A stretch of 64,000 bases of DNA from Candidatus Binatia bacterium (GTDB lineage Bacteria > Desulfobacterota > Binatia > HRBIN30 > CADEER01): assembly GCA_050176585.1 (NCBI GenBank), contig JBFXHX010000018.1, positions 20,156 through 84,155 of the forward strand. The letters are read 5' to 3'. Positions 29,156 through 39,162 of the stretch are shown piece after piece (the stretch's first letter is position 1; each line of letters starts with the position of its first letter). The position numbers were made by a program, and so were the translations under genes. The notes under the pieces were generated by a model. That model saw only the letters and a list, made by a program, of their open reading frames with translations. It was not told where the DNA came from and did no database searches.

Positions 29156-30511
29156 ATGGCCCTCGAAGCGCCGCGGCACGCGATCGTGACCACAGAGCGC
29201 ATGGCTTACGGGCCGCACGCGGTCACGCGCGACGCCGGCAAGGTGCTGTTCGTGCGTGGTGCGGCGCCGCAGGAGCGGGTCGAGGTCGCCGTCCGCGAGG
29301 AGCACGACCGCTTCGCCTTTGCCGACGTGGTGTCCGTGTTGCAGCCATCTCCCGCCCGTCGCGTGCCTCCGTGCGAGTACCTGCCGCACTGCGGCGGGTG
29401 CCCCTGGCAGCACCTCGATCCAGGCGCGCAACGCGCGGCCAAGCGACAGATCGTCGCCGAGCAACTCCGGCGGCTCGGCGGCCTGGAGGTGGCGGTGGAG
29501 CCGGTGCTCGCCGCTCCCCGCGAGTTCGGGTATCGGCGCCGCGTCAAGTTGCGCGTCGCGAATGGCGCTATCGGCTATCACGCCGCGGCATCCCACGCGA
29601 TCGTCCCGGTCGGACATTGTCTGCTGGCCGAGCCCCCGGTCGACGCGGCCATGGCGGCTTTGCCCGACTTGCTGGCCGGCGCGCGGTCGGCGATCCGCCG
29701 GTTGGAGATCGTCAACGGCGGCAGCGGCGGCGGGGTGGTGGTGGTCGGCGAGGTCGAAGGGCCGTTCGAGGCCGCGGATGAGGCGCACGCCACCGCCTGG
29801 CTCGAAGGTTTCGCCGCCGTCTCCGGTCTCGTCCTGCGCGGCCGAAAATGGGAGCGCACGTGGGGCGATCCACTGGTCGCGCTGTCAACCTCCGACGCGA
29901 GTCCGCTGAAGGTGCACGCGGCGGGCTTCACGCAAGTGAATTCCGCCGCCAATCAGTTGCTCGTCGATACCGTGCTGCGTTTGGCCGATCCGCATCCGGG
30001 CCAGCGCATCCTCGACCTCTACGCCGGCGCCGGAAATCTCTCGCTGCCGCTGCGGCGCGCAGGTGCCGAGGTCACCGCCGTGGAGCGCGATGCTCGCGCC
30101 ACCCGCGATGCCCGGCGAAACGCCGAAGCGGAGCCGGGTCCGCCCTTACAAGCCATCGCGCAGCGGGCGGAGCGGGCGGTGGCACAGCTCGCGGCCGCCG
30201 GCGAGCGCTTCGATGTGGTGATTCTCGATCCACCGCGGAGCGGCGCCCAGGCCTGTATCGAAGCGCTGCGCGCCCTCGGCGTCCCCCGCTTGATCTACGT
30301 GTCGTGCGACCCCGCCACGCTCGCGCGCGACCTGCGCGCGCTGGTGCCGCCGTATGCGGTGGACGTCGTCCAGCCGATCGACATGTTCCCGCAGACGTAC
30401 CACGTGGAAATAGTGCTTCGCGCGGCGCTCGCTTGCGAGCCAGCGGACCCTATTGTATCCTCGCCCCGGCGTCGAGGGTCGGTTCGCCGGCTGCGCCGCC
30501 GCCGCACGTGA
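29156..30511 (+). CDS. RumA/RlmD-like SAM-dependent RNA (uracil-5)-methyltransferase with a TRAM domain and Fe-S cysteines
   Basis: CEYLPHCGGCPWQH cluster, DLYAGAGN, DPPRSG and YVSCDPATLARD. Confidence 0.8.
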   Translation: MALEAPRHAIVTTERMAYGPHAVTRDAGKVLFVRGAAPQERVEVAVREEHDRFAFADVVSVLQPSPARRVPPCEYLPHCGGCPWQHLDPGAQRAAKRQIVAEQLRRLGGLEVAVEPVLAAPREFGYRRRVKLRVANGAIGYHAAASHAIVPVGHCLLAEPPVDAAMAALPDLLAGARSAIRRLEIVNGGSGGGVVVVGEVEGPFEAADEAHATAWLEGFAAVSGLVLRGRKWERTWGDPLVALSTSDASPLKVHAAGFTQVNSAANQLLVDTVLRLADPHPGQRILDLYAGAGNLSLPLRRAGAEVTAVERDARATRDARRNAEAEPGPPLQAIAQRAERAVAQLAAAGERFDVVILDPPRSGAQACIEALRALGVPRLIYVSCDPATLARDLRALVPPYAVDVVQPIDMFPQTYHVEIVLRAALACEPADPIVSSPRRRGSVRRLRRRRT

Positions 30512-30554
30512 AGCTAGGCGACGCGCATACGCCCGGTGCAGAGGTCGAGAGCTG

Positions 30555-30800
30555 ATGGCAAAGGACCCGAAGACACTCGCACCGAAGATCACCATCATCC
30601 CCGGGCGGGGGGTCTCGCAGACCATCAACTATCTGCTCAAGGACCGCGACGAGCTGGATTGGCTGGTGGCGGTCGGGCGCAACAAAGACGGCGAGATCTT
30701 CTTCTACGATACCGGCGGTGACATCATCGAAGATCTCGGCACCCTCGAATACTTGAAAGAGCGGATCGCCAGAGCCCATTTCGGCGACGAGCCGGAGTGA
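30555..30800 (+). CDS. Hypothetical small protein (81 aa)
   Basis: In-frame ATG at 30555. Codon usage is noticeably less GC3-biased and more typical of a real small gene. No family recognised. Confidence 0.5.
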   Translation: MAKDPKTLAPKITIIPGRGVSQTINYLLKDRDELDWLVAVGRNKDGEIFFYDTGGDIIEDLGTLEYLKERIARAHFGDEPE

Positions 30801-30975
30801 GCCCCAGCGCGCCTCCCGGCCTGCCGTGGAGGCCCATCGCCAGCGCAACCCGCGTCGGCTACTCGACGCTCACGGGAGCCGCTGAGCTACCACAGCGCAT
30901 CCTTTCCGATTCGCCCTGCAGGGCATGATTCTGGCTCCATGTCGATGCCGCCGCATCCGGCGGACCGGAGGGGAC

Positions 30976-31302
30976 ATGGAAGATTTCCGCAAACAGGCCA
31001 ATGACCTACTCGTCTTTTACGGCAAGATGCAGAACCGCCTCTCGCAGGCCGGTGTCACCGATACCGGCTCGCTGGTAGGCCTGTTCAGGCAGTTGGAGCG
31101 GGGGCTCGAAGCGGTCGCGCTCGAGGAGCTCGATCCAGCGCTCCAGGAGGTCACCCGCTTGGTGGAGGCGCTGAACCGCATGCACGCGGATCTGCAGATC
31201 ATCAAAGAGCTGAAACTCCGCGTCGAAAAGACGAAAGCCGCGGTCGGCGCGCCACGGCACGACGACGCGGCGCCCATGATGAGCGCAAACGGGCGCCGCT
31301 AG
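30976..31302 (+). CDS. Hypothetical coiled-coil protein (108 aa)
   Basis: GGAGGGG SD before ATG 30976. Helical heptad-like sequence. Confidence 0.5.
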   Translation: MEDFRKQANDLLVFYGKMQNRLSQAGVTDTGSLVGLFRQLERGLEAVALEELDPALQEVTRLVEALNRMHADLQIIKELKLRVEKTKAAVGAPRHDDAAPMMSANGRR

Positions 31303-31317
31303 GGCGCCGATCGCGGA

Positions 31318-32208
31318 TCAACTGCTCTGGCGTGGCGGGCCGCCGTTGGTCTTGCGCGGCGGCAATGGTGCCACGTCTTTCCGCTGCGGCGGCGCGGCAT
31401 CGGGGGGCAGTGGCTCGAGCACGTCGTTCAGGCGCACCTTGCGGTACGAGCTCGGCACCTCGAAGGTAGATGCGGCGACATCGCCCTGGCGTACGGAGGT
31501 GGCCACGCGTTCGAAACCGCCGGCGACGTGCCGCGTCACCACCTTCAGGGGGAAACCGCTGCCCAACAGCTTGAGATACTCCTCGTTGCGGTAGACGGCG
31601 TTGTAGGCGATGGCCGACTTGCCCAACATGCCGGTGGTGATCTTTCGCTGTGCTTCGGCGAAGCGCTGCGGGTTCAAGTCGGCGGAGAGGTTCACGCCGG
31701 GAGCGATCCACAGCTCCTCGAACAGCGTGCCGTCGATGCGTACCTCGTACTTCTCGGTGTCGTAGCCGGCGATCTTTTCCTTCAGGCCGGTCTTGGCGAC
31801 GGCGACGGGCGGAAGAGTGGCGGGATCGATCGGAGGCGGCATGTAATCCGCCGGCGGGGCCTTTTGCCCGGGCTTCGGCGTGACGACCACCTTACCCATG
31901 CGCTCCGCTACCGCCTCTCCGCGCGCTTTCGCCATCTCGCGCAAGTACTCGTCGAGCGTCCCACTCCAGAAGTACTGCTTGGCGGGGTTCAGCAGGGCGA
32001 ATCGATCGGCGTCGTAGTCGGTGATCGTGATGACGGCGGGCTGGTCCATGCGCGCGCGATTGTTGGCGATCGATTGCGAAGCCGCTTCGGACGGAAGCCG
32101 ATCGCCCTTCTGGTTGAAGGCGGTCATGTTCCATTCCAGCATCCATCCGGCGTCAGCCGCCGTCGGGGCGAGTGCTATGGTGAGTAGCAACGTGAGCGCG
32201 CGAAACAT
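31318..32208 (-). CDS. Secreted hypothetical protein (possibly DUF4412-like)
   Basis: Signal peptide MFRALTLLLTIALAPTAADA. Pro-rich C-terminus. The family assignment is tentative. Confidence 0.6.
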   Translation of the reverse strand: MFRALTLLLTIALAPTAADAGWMLEWNMTAFNQKGDRLPSEAASQSIANNRARMDQPAVITITDYDADRFALLNPAKQYFWSGTLDEYLREMAKARGEAVAERMGKVVVTPKPGQKAPPADYMPPPIDPATLPPVAVAKTGLKEKIAGYDTEKYEVRIDGTLFEELWIAPGVNLSADLNPQRFAEAQRKITTGMLGKSAIAYNAVYRNEEYLKLLGSGFPLKVVTRHVAGGFERVATSVRQGDVAASTFEVPSSYRKVRLNDVLEPLPPDAAPPQRKDVAPLPPRKTNGGPPRQSS

Positions 32209-32430
32209 TCCGGATGTCCTTCCTCGTTCAGCGTCAATGGCGAACTCTATGGGGCACTGGTATGCAAGTCAATTTCGCGTGGCGCCCGAACGCGCGGTGC
32301 GCATGCGCGCGCGAATGCATAAGGAGGTGGCGCGCGGGGTCGCTCCCGCAGTCCCTGGCGCGTTTCTCGCCGGGCCTCATACCGCGCGGTTGCGACCCAG
32401 TGGCGCTCCGCGCTAGGGACCGAACAGCCG

Positions 32431-32964
32431 ATGCTGGTAACGCTGATCGGAGTTGCGGTCGTCGTCGTATCGCTCGGCGTCCTCGTTTTCCTCGCCAGCC
32501 TTCTGTGGGGCGCCGTGCGCGTCCCCTTGGGCGCGTTCGTGGAACGGCGGCAGTTCGCGCGCCAGACGGCGCGCGCACAGCGCGCGGACCGACTGCTCCG
32601 CGACGGCAATCTCGACGGCGCGCTGGCGGAAATCGAAGCCGCGCTCTATCCCCATCCGCCGCACTCGGCCGCGATGGCGCGCGCCATCGTGAACCATCAC
32701 ACCGGACTGCTGAGCCGATTGATGGCCGCCGCGGACTCGGTTCAGGGACAGCGCGTGCGGCTCATCTCCCTGGCGAAGGCCGACCGGCTCTTCCACGAGC
32801 GCGCCGCGCTGCAACAGCGGTACGTCGCGCTGCGCCAGAGCGGGTCGCACCGGCGGCTCCGGCAGCTCGAACAGGAGTTTCGCGCCAACACCCGCGAGCT
32901 GCGCGCGACGCTCAACGCGCTGGCGGCCGAAATTGCCAGCGCGCGAACCGTCCGCTACCAGTGA
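32431..32964 (+). CDS. Membrane-anchored hypothetical protein
   Basis: N-terminal TM (LVTLIGVAVVVVSLGVLVFLASLLW) followed by an Arg/Ala-rich helical domain. Confidence 0.55.
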   Translation: MLVTLIGVAVVVVSLGVLVFLASLLWGAVRVPLGAFVERRQFARQTARAQRADRLLRDGNLDGALAEIEAALYPHPPHSAAMARAIVNHHTGLLSRLMAAADSVQGQRVRLISLAKADRLFHERAALQQRYVALRQSGSHRRLRQLEQEFRANTRELRATLNALAAEIASARTVRYQ

Positions 32965-32968
32965 TCCG

Positions 32969-33760
32969 GTGCAGTGGGAGCAGGAGCTCGCAGTAGCGAT
33001 TGCGGCGGCACGTGCCGCCGGCGCCATCGTCCGCGATGTGTACGGCCGTCCGTTCGCGGTGCGCCAGAAGTCCGCGGACAACCCGGTGACCGAGGCGGAT
33101 CTGCGCGCCAACGATTGCATCCAGCGCGCAATCACCACCGCTTTCCCCGGCGACGGCTGGCTGTCCGAGGAGACCGCCGACTCGTCCGATCGGCTCGCCA
33201 AACGCCGCGTATGGATCATCGATCCGCTCGATGGGACCAAGGAGTTCACGCAGCACATCCCCGAATTCTGCGTATGCATCGCGTTGGTCGACGCCGGCGC
33301 GCCGGTGGTCGGGGTCAGTTACAACCCGGTGACCGATGAGCTCTTCGCTACGGCGCGCGGACTCGGCCTGCACGTCAACGGCGTTCCCGCCCGCACCAGC
33401 ACTTGCGCCGACCTCGCGAGCGCCCGCGTGCTGGCGAGTCGGTCGGAAGACCAACGCGGCGAATGGGAGCAGTACAAACCGTTGATGCGGGTCGAGCCGA
33501 CCGGCAGCGTGGCGCTGAAACTCGCGCTCATCGCCGCGGGCCGGGCCGATGCGACGTTCAGCTTGACGCCGAAAAACGAATGGGACATCTGCGCTGGCGC
33601 TGCGCTCGTCGAGGGCGGCGGTGGCCGCATTACCGACTGTCATGGCCAGCCACTGCGGTTCAACCGCGAGACGCCGCTCTTGCCGGGGCTGATCGCCAGC
33701 AATGTCCCGCTCTACGATCGCTTGCGCTCGGTCATCGCCACCGTGGAGGCCACGGGGTGA
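32969..33760 (+). CDS. Inositol monophosphatase / CysQ (3'(2'),5'-bisphosphate nucleotidase) family protein
   Basis: Motifs: NPVTEAD, WLSEE, WIIDPLDGTKEF, NEWDICAG. GTG at 32969 lies 5 nt after the upstream stop. The TTG at 32933 is an alternative start. Confidence 0.8.
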   Translation: MQWEQELAVAIAAARAAGAIVRDVYGRPFAVRQKSADNPVTEADLRANDCIQRAITTAFPGDGWLSEETADSSDRLAKRRVWIIDPLDGTKEFTQHIPEFCVCIALVDAGAPVVGVSYNPVTDELFATARGLGLHVNGVPARTSTCADLASARVLASRSEDQRGEWEQYKPLMRVEPTGSVALKLALIAAGRADATFSLTPKNEWDICAGAALVEGGGGRITDCHGQPLRFNRETPLLPGLIASNVPLYDRLRSVIATVEATG

Positions 33761-33772
33761 CGCATCGCCGGC

Positions 33773-34570
33773 TCAGGCCCCGCGGTGTTGCCGCGCGACT
33801 TCTATCGCGAGTCCCGGCAGATCCGAGACGATGCCGTCCACGCCGAGCTCGAGCAGCCGCGCGATTTCCGCGCCGTCGTTGATCGTCCAGGCGTGCACCT
33901 CGAGCCCGAACTGATGCGCGGCGGCGATGCTGGCGGGTGTGATGATGTCGACCCCGCCGAACGCCGGCGGCACCTGCAGCGCGTGACCCGGCGGCACATA
34001 GCCGTGCAGATCGGCGCGGCGTACGCGGTCGAGAAAGGTCAGCACCTCGCCCGCGCTCAACCCGGTGGCGACGCGGTCCGCGGCCGCGCGCCGGATCTCG
34101 GCCATGATGTCATCGTGCTCCGCCGTGAGCAGGCAACGCGCGAGAGCGCGTTCGCGCTGCAACAGCTCCAGCACCGCCTCGGCGATCGGCGGCTCGCCTT
34201 GTTTGATCTCGATGTTCAAGCGGTGCGCGGCACATGCGCGCAGCACGTCCTGCAGGCGCGGCACGCGCACGCCCTGGCCGCGAAACGGGAAGCTCCGCTG
34301 GTCGTGACTGAACCGGCAGCCCGCGTCGAGCTGCGCCACCTCGCTCCAGGTGCGGTCGCGCACGGGCCCGCTCCCATCGGTGGTGCGATCGAGCAGCGCG
34401 TCGTGCAGCACCACGACCTCGCCATCGCGCGTCGCGTGGACGTCGAGCTCCAGGTACTCCGCGCCGAACGCCGCCGCCACCGCAAAGGAAGGCAGCGTGT
34501 TCTCGGGTGCGACGCCCGCGGCACCGCGATGCCCGAGGATGCGCGGGCGCGGCGGTGCGAAGTACGTCAT
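33773..34570 (-). CDS. Glycerophosphodiester phosphodiesterase (GDPD family)
   Basis: This is only the last 265 codons of the track ORF. HRGAAGVAPENTLPSF, ELDVH.T.DG..VV.HD, and a C-terminal …GVDGIVSD. Confidence 0.85.
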   Translation of the reverse strand: MTYFAPPRPRILGHRGAAGVAPENTLPSFAVAAAFGAEYLELDVHATRDGEVVVLHDALLDRTTDGSGPVRDRTWSEVAQLDAGCRFSHDQRSFPFRGQGVRVPRLQDVLRACAAHRLNIEIKQGEPPIAEAVLELLQRERALARCLLTAEHDDIMAEIRRAAADRVATGLSAGEVLTFLDRVRRADLHGYVPPGHALQVPPAFGGVDIITPASIAAAHQFGLEVHAWTINDGAEIARLLELGVDGIVSDLPGLAIEVARQHRGA

Positions 34571-34575
34571 CGCGA

Positions 34576-35922
34576 TCAGAAGGTCAGGGTAATGGGGCCG
34601 CTCCGCCCCACCTGCGCCAACGGCGGCAAGCCGATCTCGGGTGCCGTAGGCGCGACGGGCGAGCTCGACCCGATCGCTTGCAACCGCGCTACCATCTGAC
34701 CGCGCCAGCGCGCGAACGCCTCCGGATCGAGCACGGTCTCCTGGGCCGGATACTTGATCGAGAGTGGGTCCACGTACTGGCCCCGATCGAAGATCGCGAA
34801 GTGCAGGTGGGGGCCGGTCGCCAAGCCGGAGCTTCCGACCCATCCGATGATCTCGCCGTGGCGCACCCGCGCGCCGGCGCGCACCCGTGGCGCGATGCGC
34901 TGCAGATGGGAGTATGCGGACACGAAGCCCCGTCCGTGATCGAGCTCGACGTGTCTGCCGAACCCGCCTTGCACGCCGGAGAACTGTACGGATGCCGCGC
35001 CAATCGCGCGCACCGGAGTGCCCGCCGGCGCGGCGAAGTCGATCCCGAGATGCGGCCGGTTGCGATGCAGCACGGGATGGAAACGCGCGTCGGAGAACGT
35101 GGACGTGATGCGCGAGAACTCGAGCGGGAAGCGCAGCGGAGCGCCGTCGAGCCGGTGGCCGTCCGCGTCGACGTAGATCGGCTCGCCTTTTCCTGGACGG
35201 TATAGATACGCGGCGGCGCTCTCCGAGCGCCCGACGTACTCGACCGCCAGCACGCGACCGGGGCGCAGCGCGCGCCCGTCGAGCGTGGTGCGCCGCTCCC
35301 ACAGCAACCGGAAGCGGTCGCCGCGGTGCACGTCTTCTTTGAAGTCCAGCCGCCAGCTCAGCAGGTCGACCATCTGCGAGATCACCGCTTCGGGAATGCC
35401 CGCCCGCAGCGCCGTGTCCTTCAGGCTGCGCCCGACCGTGCCGCGCGCGCCCACGGTGCGCATGCGCACCGGCGCGGGCTCGCGCCGCACGACCGGCACT
35501 CCGCGCGGACCGCGTTCGAGCACCAGGCGCGCTTCGCCATTCAGGTCGTAACTCATGGCGAGCAGCCGTTCGCCGGCGCCGAACTCCAGGCCGAGCGCGC
35601 GGCCGGGCGCCAGTCGCCGCAGCTCGGACTGGCGGCGCGCCGTGCGCTCCCATCGCGCGATCTCCTCGCGCGGTACGCCTTCGGTTTCCAGGATGCTGGT
35701 GAAGGTTTCGCCGGCGAGCACCAGGCGGTCGACGCGGCGCAGCACCGGCGCCGGATCGGCCTCGGGCGCACGGCTCAAGGCCGGCGCGTACACCGGTGCG
35801 ATCACGAGCCCTGCGCTCGCGGCGACCAACACCCAGCGCCGCAGTAAGCCACGAGCTGCACCGCGTACGCTGGCTGCCGAGATGCCTCGCGGCCTCTCGC
35901 TCCCCCGCAGCCTTTCAAGCAT
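34576..35922 (-). CDS. M23-family murein endopeptidase (MepM/YebA-like)
   Basis: N-terminal anchor. Motifs: HLGIDFAAPAGTPV…DHGRGFVSAYSHL…GSSGLATGPHLHF. Confidence 0.85.
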   Translation of the reverse strand: MLERLRGSERPRGISAASVRGAARGLLRRWVLVAASAGLVIAPVYAPALSRAPEADPAPVLRRVDRLVLAGETFTSILETEGVPREEIARWERTARRQSELRRLAPGRALGLEFGAGERLLAMSYDLNGEARLVLERGPRGVPVVRREPAPVRMRTVGARGTVGRSLKDTALRAGIPEAVISQMVDLLSWRLDFKEDVHRGDRFRLLWERRTTLDGRALRPGRVLAVEYVGRSESAAAYLYRPGKGEPIYVDADGHRLDGAPLRFPLEFSRITSTFSDARFHPVLHRNRPHLGIDFAAPAGTPVRAIGAASVQFSGVQGGFGRHVELDHGRGFVSAYSHLQRIAPRVRAGARVRHGEIIGWVGSSGLATGPHLHFAIFDRGQYVDPLSIKYPAQETVLDPEAFARWRGQMVARLQAIGSSSPVAPTAPEIGLPPLAQVGRSGPITLTF

Positions 35923-36101
35923 GACGTGTGGGCCGCAACGTGCCAGAGCCCGGTGCGGCGGTCAAGAAAATTACGCCGGCGCGCGCGATCGCCATACGTC
36001 TGCCGAAGCGCTGCTCGAAGCGCGCCGGCGTGCGAAGGCGTAAAATTGCCCACCGCGTCCCTGCTTGGTACCGTATGGGCGATGACCGCGCGCGGGGAGG
36101 G

Positions 36102-37103
36102 ATGATGCGGCGCGCGCTGCTGGGAGCGTTCGTCGCGCTGGCGGCGATGGCGGCGCTCGGCGCTGCGACCGCATGGTGGGCCTGGCGCATGCTCAACACC
36201 GCGCCGCGCACCGCACCTGCCGCAGTCGTGTACGTTCCCCCCGGTGAACCATTTCGCGCCGTGGCCGCGCGTTTGCATGCGGCCGGTGTGGTCGCGTACC
36301 CGCGACTGCTCGGTGCGTGGGCGCGTGTGACCGGGCTGGATCGCTCGGTGCGCAGTGGCGAGTTCCGCTTTGATGAGCCGCTGACCCCGATCGAAATTCT
36401 CGCGTTGCTCCGATCGCCCGCGGAGAGCGCGCGCGTGCTGACGGTTCCGGAAGGCCGGACCGCCGAGCAGATCGCGGCGTTGCTCGAGGAGCGCGGATAC
36501 GGCGGGCGCGACGTGTTCCTCTGCGTGATGCAGGACCCGGCCCTGCTGCTCGAATTTCGACTGCCGGCGAGTGGCGTGGAAGGCTATCTCTTTCCCGACA
36601 CATACGCGTTTGACCTGGCGACGCCGCCCAACGAAATCGTGCGCGCCATGCTCGGGCGCTTCCGGCAGCAGACGGGCGATCTCGCATCGCGCCGGCCCGC
36701 CGATATGAGCGAAGCGGCGATGGTGACGCTCGCGTCCGTGATTGAAAAAGAAGCCAGCCTGGCGGCCGAGCGCGGCCTGATCTCCGGTGTGTTCCACAAC
36801 CGGCTGCGCCTGGGCATGCCGCTGCAATCGGATCCCACCGTGCTGTACGGACGCCGGGATGGACGAGGACCGATCACGCGCGCCGACCTGAGCGACTCGA
36901 ACCCGTACAACACCTACGTGCACCGCGGCCTGCCGCCCGGACCGATCGCGAATCCGGGCCGCGCAGCGCTCGAGGCGGCCGTGGCGCCGGCGCCGACGAA
37001 CGCGCTCTACTTCGTCGCGCGCAACGACGGCGGGCACGAATTCTCCGAGACGCTCGACGCGCACAACCGCGCCGTGCGCAAGTTCCAGCCCGACCGCGAT
37101 TGA
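36102..37103 (+). CDS. mltG: Endolytic murein transglycosylase MltG (YceG family)
   Basis: GGGGAGGG SD before ATG 36102 and a TM anchor. Motifs: …TVPEG.T…EGYLFPDTY…ASVIEKE…LQSDPTV.Y…YNTY…GLPPGPI.NPG. Confidence 0.85.
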   Translation: MMRRALLGAFVALAAMAALGAATAWWAWRMLNTAPRTAPAAVVYVPPGEPFRAVAARLHAAGVVAYPRLLGAWARVTGLDRSVRSGEFRFDEPLTPIEILALLRSPAESARVLTVPEGRTAEQIAALLEERGYGGRDVFLCVMQDPALLLEFRLPASGVEGYLFPDTYAFDLATPPNEIVRAMLGRFRQQTGDLASRRPADMSEAAMVTLASVIEKEASLAAERGLISGVFHNRLRLGMPLQSDPTVLYGRRDGRGPITRADLSDSNPYNTYVHRGLPPGPIANPGRAALEAAVAPAPTNALYFVARNDGGHEFSETLDAHNRAVRKFQPDRD

Positions 37104-37125
37104 GCCGGCCGCCGCACTGAGCGCC

Positions 37126-39060
37126 TCAAGCCTGCTCGAGCCGTTCGAGCTTGCCGTAGAGCACGTCGATGTCGCGTTTCAGCTGGGCGTACCGGCTGAA
37201 CACCTGCTGCGGGCTGGCGTGCGTCTCATAGAAATCCGCGGTGTTGATCAGCGCGGAGACCTCCGCCAGTGCGCCTTCCTTCTCGGCGATCTCAGCCTCC
37301 AACCGCGCCAGGTCGCGTCCGCGCTTCGCCAGCGCGCGTGCCGTGGCCGCTTGCTCGCGGCGCGTGTCGGAGGGAGCAGCCGCGGCGCCGTTGGCGCCGC
37401 TCGGCGCCGGCGCGTCGTGCACGGGGATCGGCGCCGGCACGCGGCCGTCCGCCTCGGCCGCTTTGTGCGCCACGTAATCTTCGTAGTTGCCGAGATACCG
37501 GGTGGCGTGCCCGGAGCCGACTTCGATGATCTCCTCCGGCAGATTGTCGAGCACGTAGCGGTCGTGCGCGACCAGCACGAGCGTCCCGGTATACTGCTGC
37601 AAGGCTTCGAGCAGCACCTGCTTGGCGGTCATGTCGAGGTGGTTGGTCGGCTCGTCGAGCAGGAGGCAGTTCGGTGGGTCCATCAGGAGGAGCGCGAGCG
37701 CGAGTCGGTTCCGCTCGCCGCCGCTCAGCACGCCGACCTTCTTATCGACTGCCTCGCCGCTGAACAGGAAGGCGCCGAGTAGGCCGCGCACCTGCGGTAC
37801 GAAATCGACCGGCGCGGCCGCGGTAGCCAGCGACAATACCGTGCGTTCCGGATCGAGCACGCGCGCTTGATCCTGGGCGAAGTAGCCGATGCGGACGTTG
37901 TGTCCGACCTGGCGAGCGCCGCCGCTCAGCGGTTCCACGCCGGCGAGCAGCTTTATCAGCGTAGACTTCCCGGCCCCGTTCGGGCCGACGAGCGCGACCT
38001 TTCGCCCGCGCTCGACCACCAGCGACAGATCGCTGTAGACGCTCCGGTCGGCGTACCGCTTGGCGGCGTGGTCGAGCCGGAGAACGTGGCGCCCGCTCCG
38101 CTCGCATGCCGGAAAGCGAAGGCTCAGCTCCGCCGGTCCACCCTCCGGTTGCGGGAGGCGCTCGAGCCGTTCGAGGTACTTGACGCGGCTCTGGACGAGC
38201 GCGGCTTTCGAGGCCTGATAGCGAAAGCGGCTGATGAACGCCTCCAGCCGCGCGATCTCTTCCTGCTGGGCGCGATAGGCGGCGAGCTGTTGCTCGCGTT
38301 GCGCCGCGCGCGTCTCCAGGTAGCGGCTGTACGGCGCGGGGTAATCCGTGAGCCGGCCGCCCGACACCTCGGTGATTCGGGTCGCGGTCACATCGAGGAA
38401 ATAGCGGTCGTGCGCGACGAGGACCACGGTCGACGGATAGTCGGCGAGAAATCCCTCGAGCCAATTGCGCGCCTCGAGGTCGAGATGGTTGGTGGGCTCG
38501 TCCAACAGGAGGAGGTTCGGCCCGCGGAGCAGCAATTTCGCGAGCGCCAGGCGCATCTGCCAACCGCCGGAGAATTCCCCGGCGTCGCGTTCGAAATCGG
38601 CGTTCGAGAATCCGAGGCCGAGCAGCACGCGCTCGGCTTGGCTCTCGTAGTCGTAGCTGCCCTGCACATCCCAGCGCGCTCGCGCGTCGCCGTAGGCATC
38701 CAGCAACGCGCCGTGGTCGGGCGCGTCGGCCGGCGTGCGCGCCAGCGCCTCCTCCAGCGCGCGGCATTGCCGCTCGAGCGCGAGCACGTCGGCGAACGCG
38801 TCCAGCGCCTCGGCCAGCACGGTGCGCCCGGCTGAGGTCAAGCCGTCCTGTGGCAGATATCCGACCGTCCACCCTCGGGGGATGCTGATGATCCCATCGT
38901 CGGGCTCGTCGAGCCCCGCGATCAGGCGCAGCAGGGTGGATTTGCCGGACCCATTCGCGCCCACCAGGGCGATGCGGTCGCGTTCACCGACCGACCAGCT
39001 GGCGCGATCGAAGACGACCTGGCCGCCGAATCGCCGGCAGAGGTTGCTGACGTTCAGCAT
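37126..39060 (-). CDS. ABC-F family ATPase (two ABC domains, no TMD; Uup/YheS-like)
   Basis: Two Walker A motifs (GANGSGKST, GPNGAGKST), two LSGG signatures, and a C-terminal coiled coil. Confidence 0.9.
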   Translation of the reverse strand: MLNVSNLCRRFGGQVVFDRASWSVGERDRIALVGANGSGKSTLLRLIAGLDEPDDGIISIPRGWTVGYLPQDGLTSAGRTVLAEALDAFADVLALERQCRALEEALARTPADAPDHGALLDAYGDARARWDVQGSYDYESQAERVLLGLGFSNADFERDAGEFSGGWQMRLALAKLLLRGPNLLLLDEPTNHLDLEARNWLEGFLADYPSTVVLVAHDRYFLDVTATRITEVSGGRLTDYPAPYSRYLETRAAQREQQLAAYRAQQEEIARLEAFISRFRYQASKAALVQSRVKYLERLERLPQPEGGPAELSLRFPACERSGRHVLRLDHAAKRYADRSVYSDLSLVVERGRKVALVGPNGAGKSTLIKLLAGVEPLSGGARQVGHNVRIGYFAQDQARVLDPERTVLSLATAAAPVDFVPQVRGLLGAFLFSGEAVDKKVGVLSGGERNRLALALLLMDPPNCLLLDEPTNHLDMTAKQVLLEALQQYTGTLVLVAHDRYVLDNLPEEIIEVGSGHATRYLGNYEDYVAHKAAEADGRVPAPIPVHDAPAPSGANGAAAAPSDTRREQAATARALAKRGRDLARLEAEIAEKEGALAEVSALINTADFYETHASPQQVFSRYAQLKRDIDVLYGKLERLEQA

Positions 39061-39162
39061 AACCTCGGATCCCTAGCGGCGGCCCCGCTGGCGCGCAAGG
39101 CGGTTTGGCCTGGCTTGCACTTGTGGCCCGTCTTCTCTATCCGCCCAAGCGGAGCCGCGCGC

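Noticed and set aside
28604-29788. 394-aa ORF suggesting a much larger protein upstream of the GNAT domain
   Set aside because: The N-terminal 240 aa are antisense to the well-supported RumA-like methyltransferase gene. A GGAGG SD and ATG at 29059 give a normal 151-aa GNAT.
37742-38872. 376-aa and 322-aa ORFs overlapping the ABC-F ATPase gene
   Set aside because: They are alternative-frame and antisense readings of a gene with two clear Walker A / LSGG sets. Their sequences are Arg/Pro/Gly-rich low complexity.
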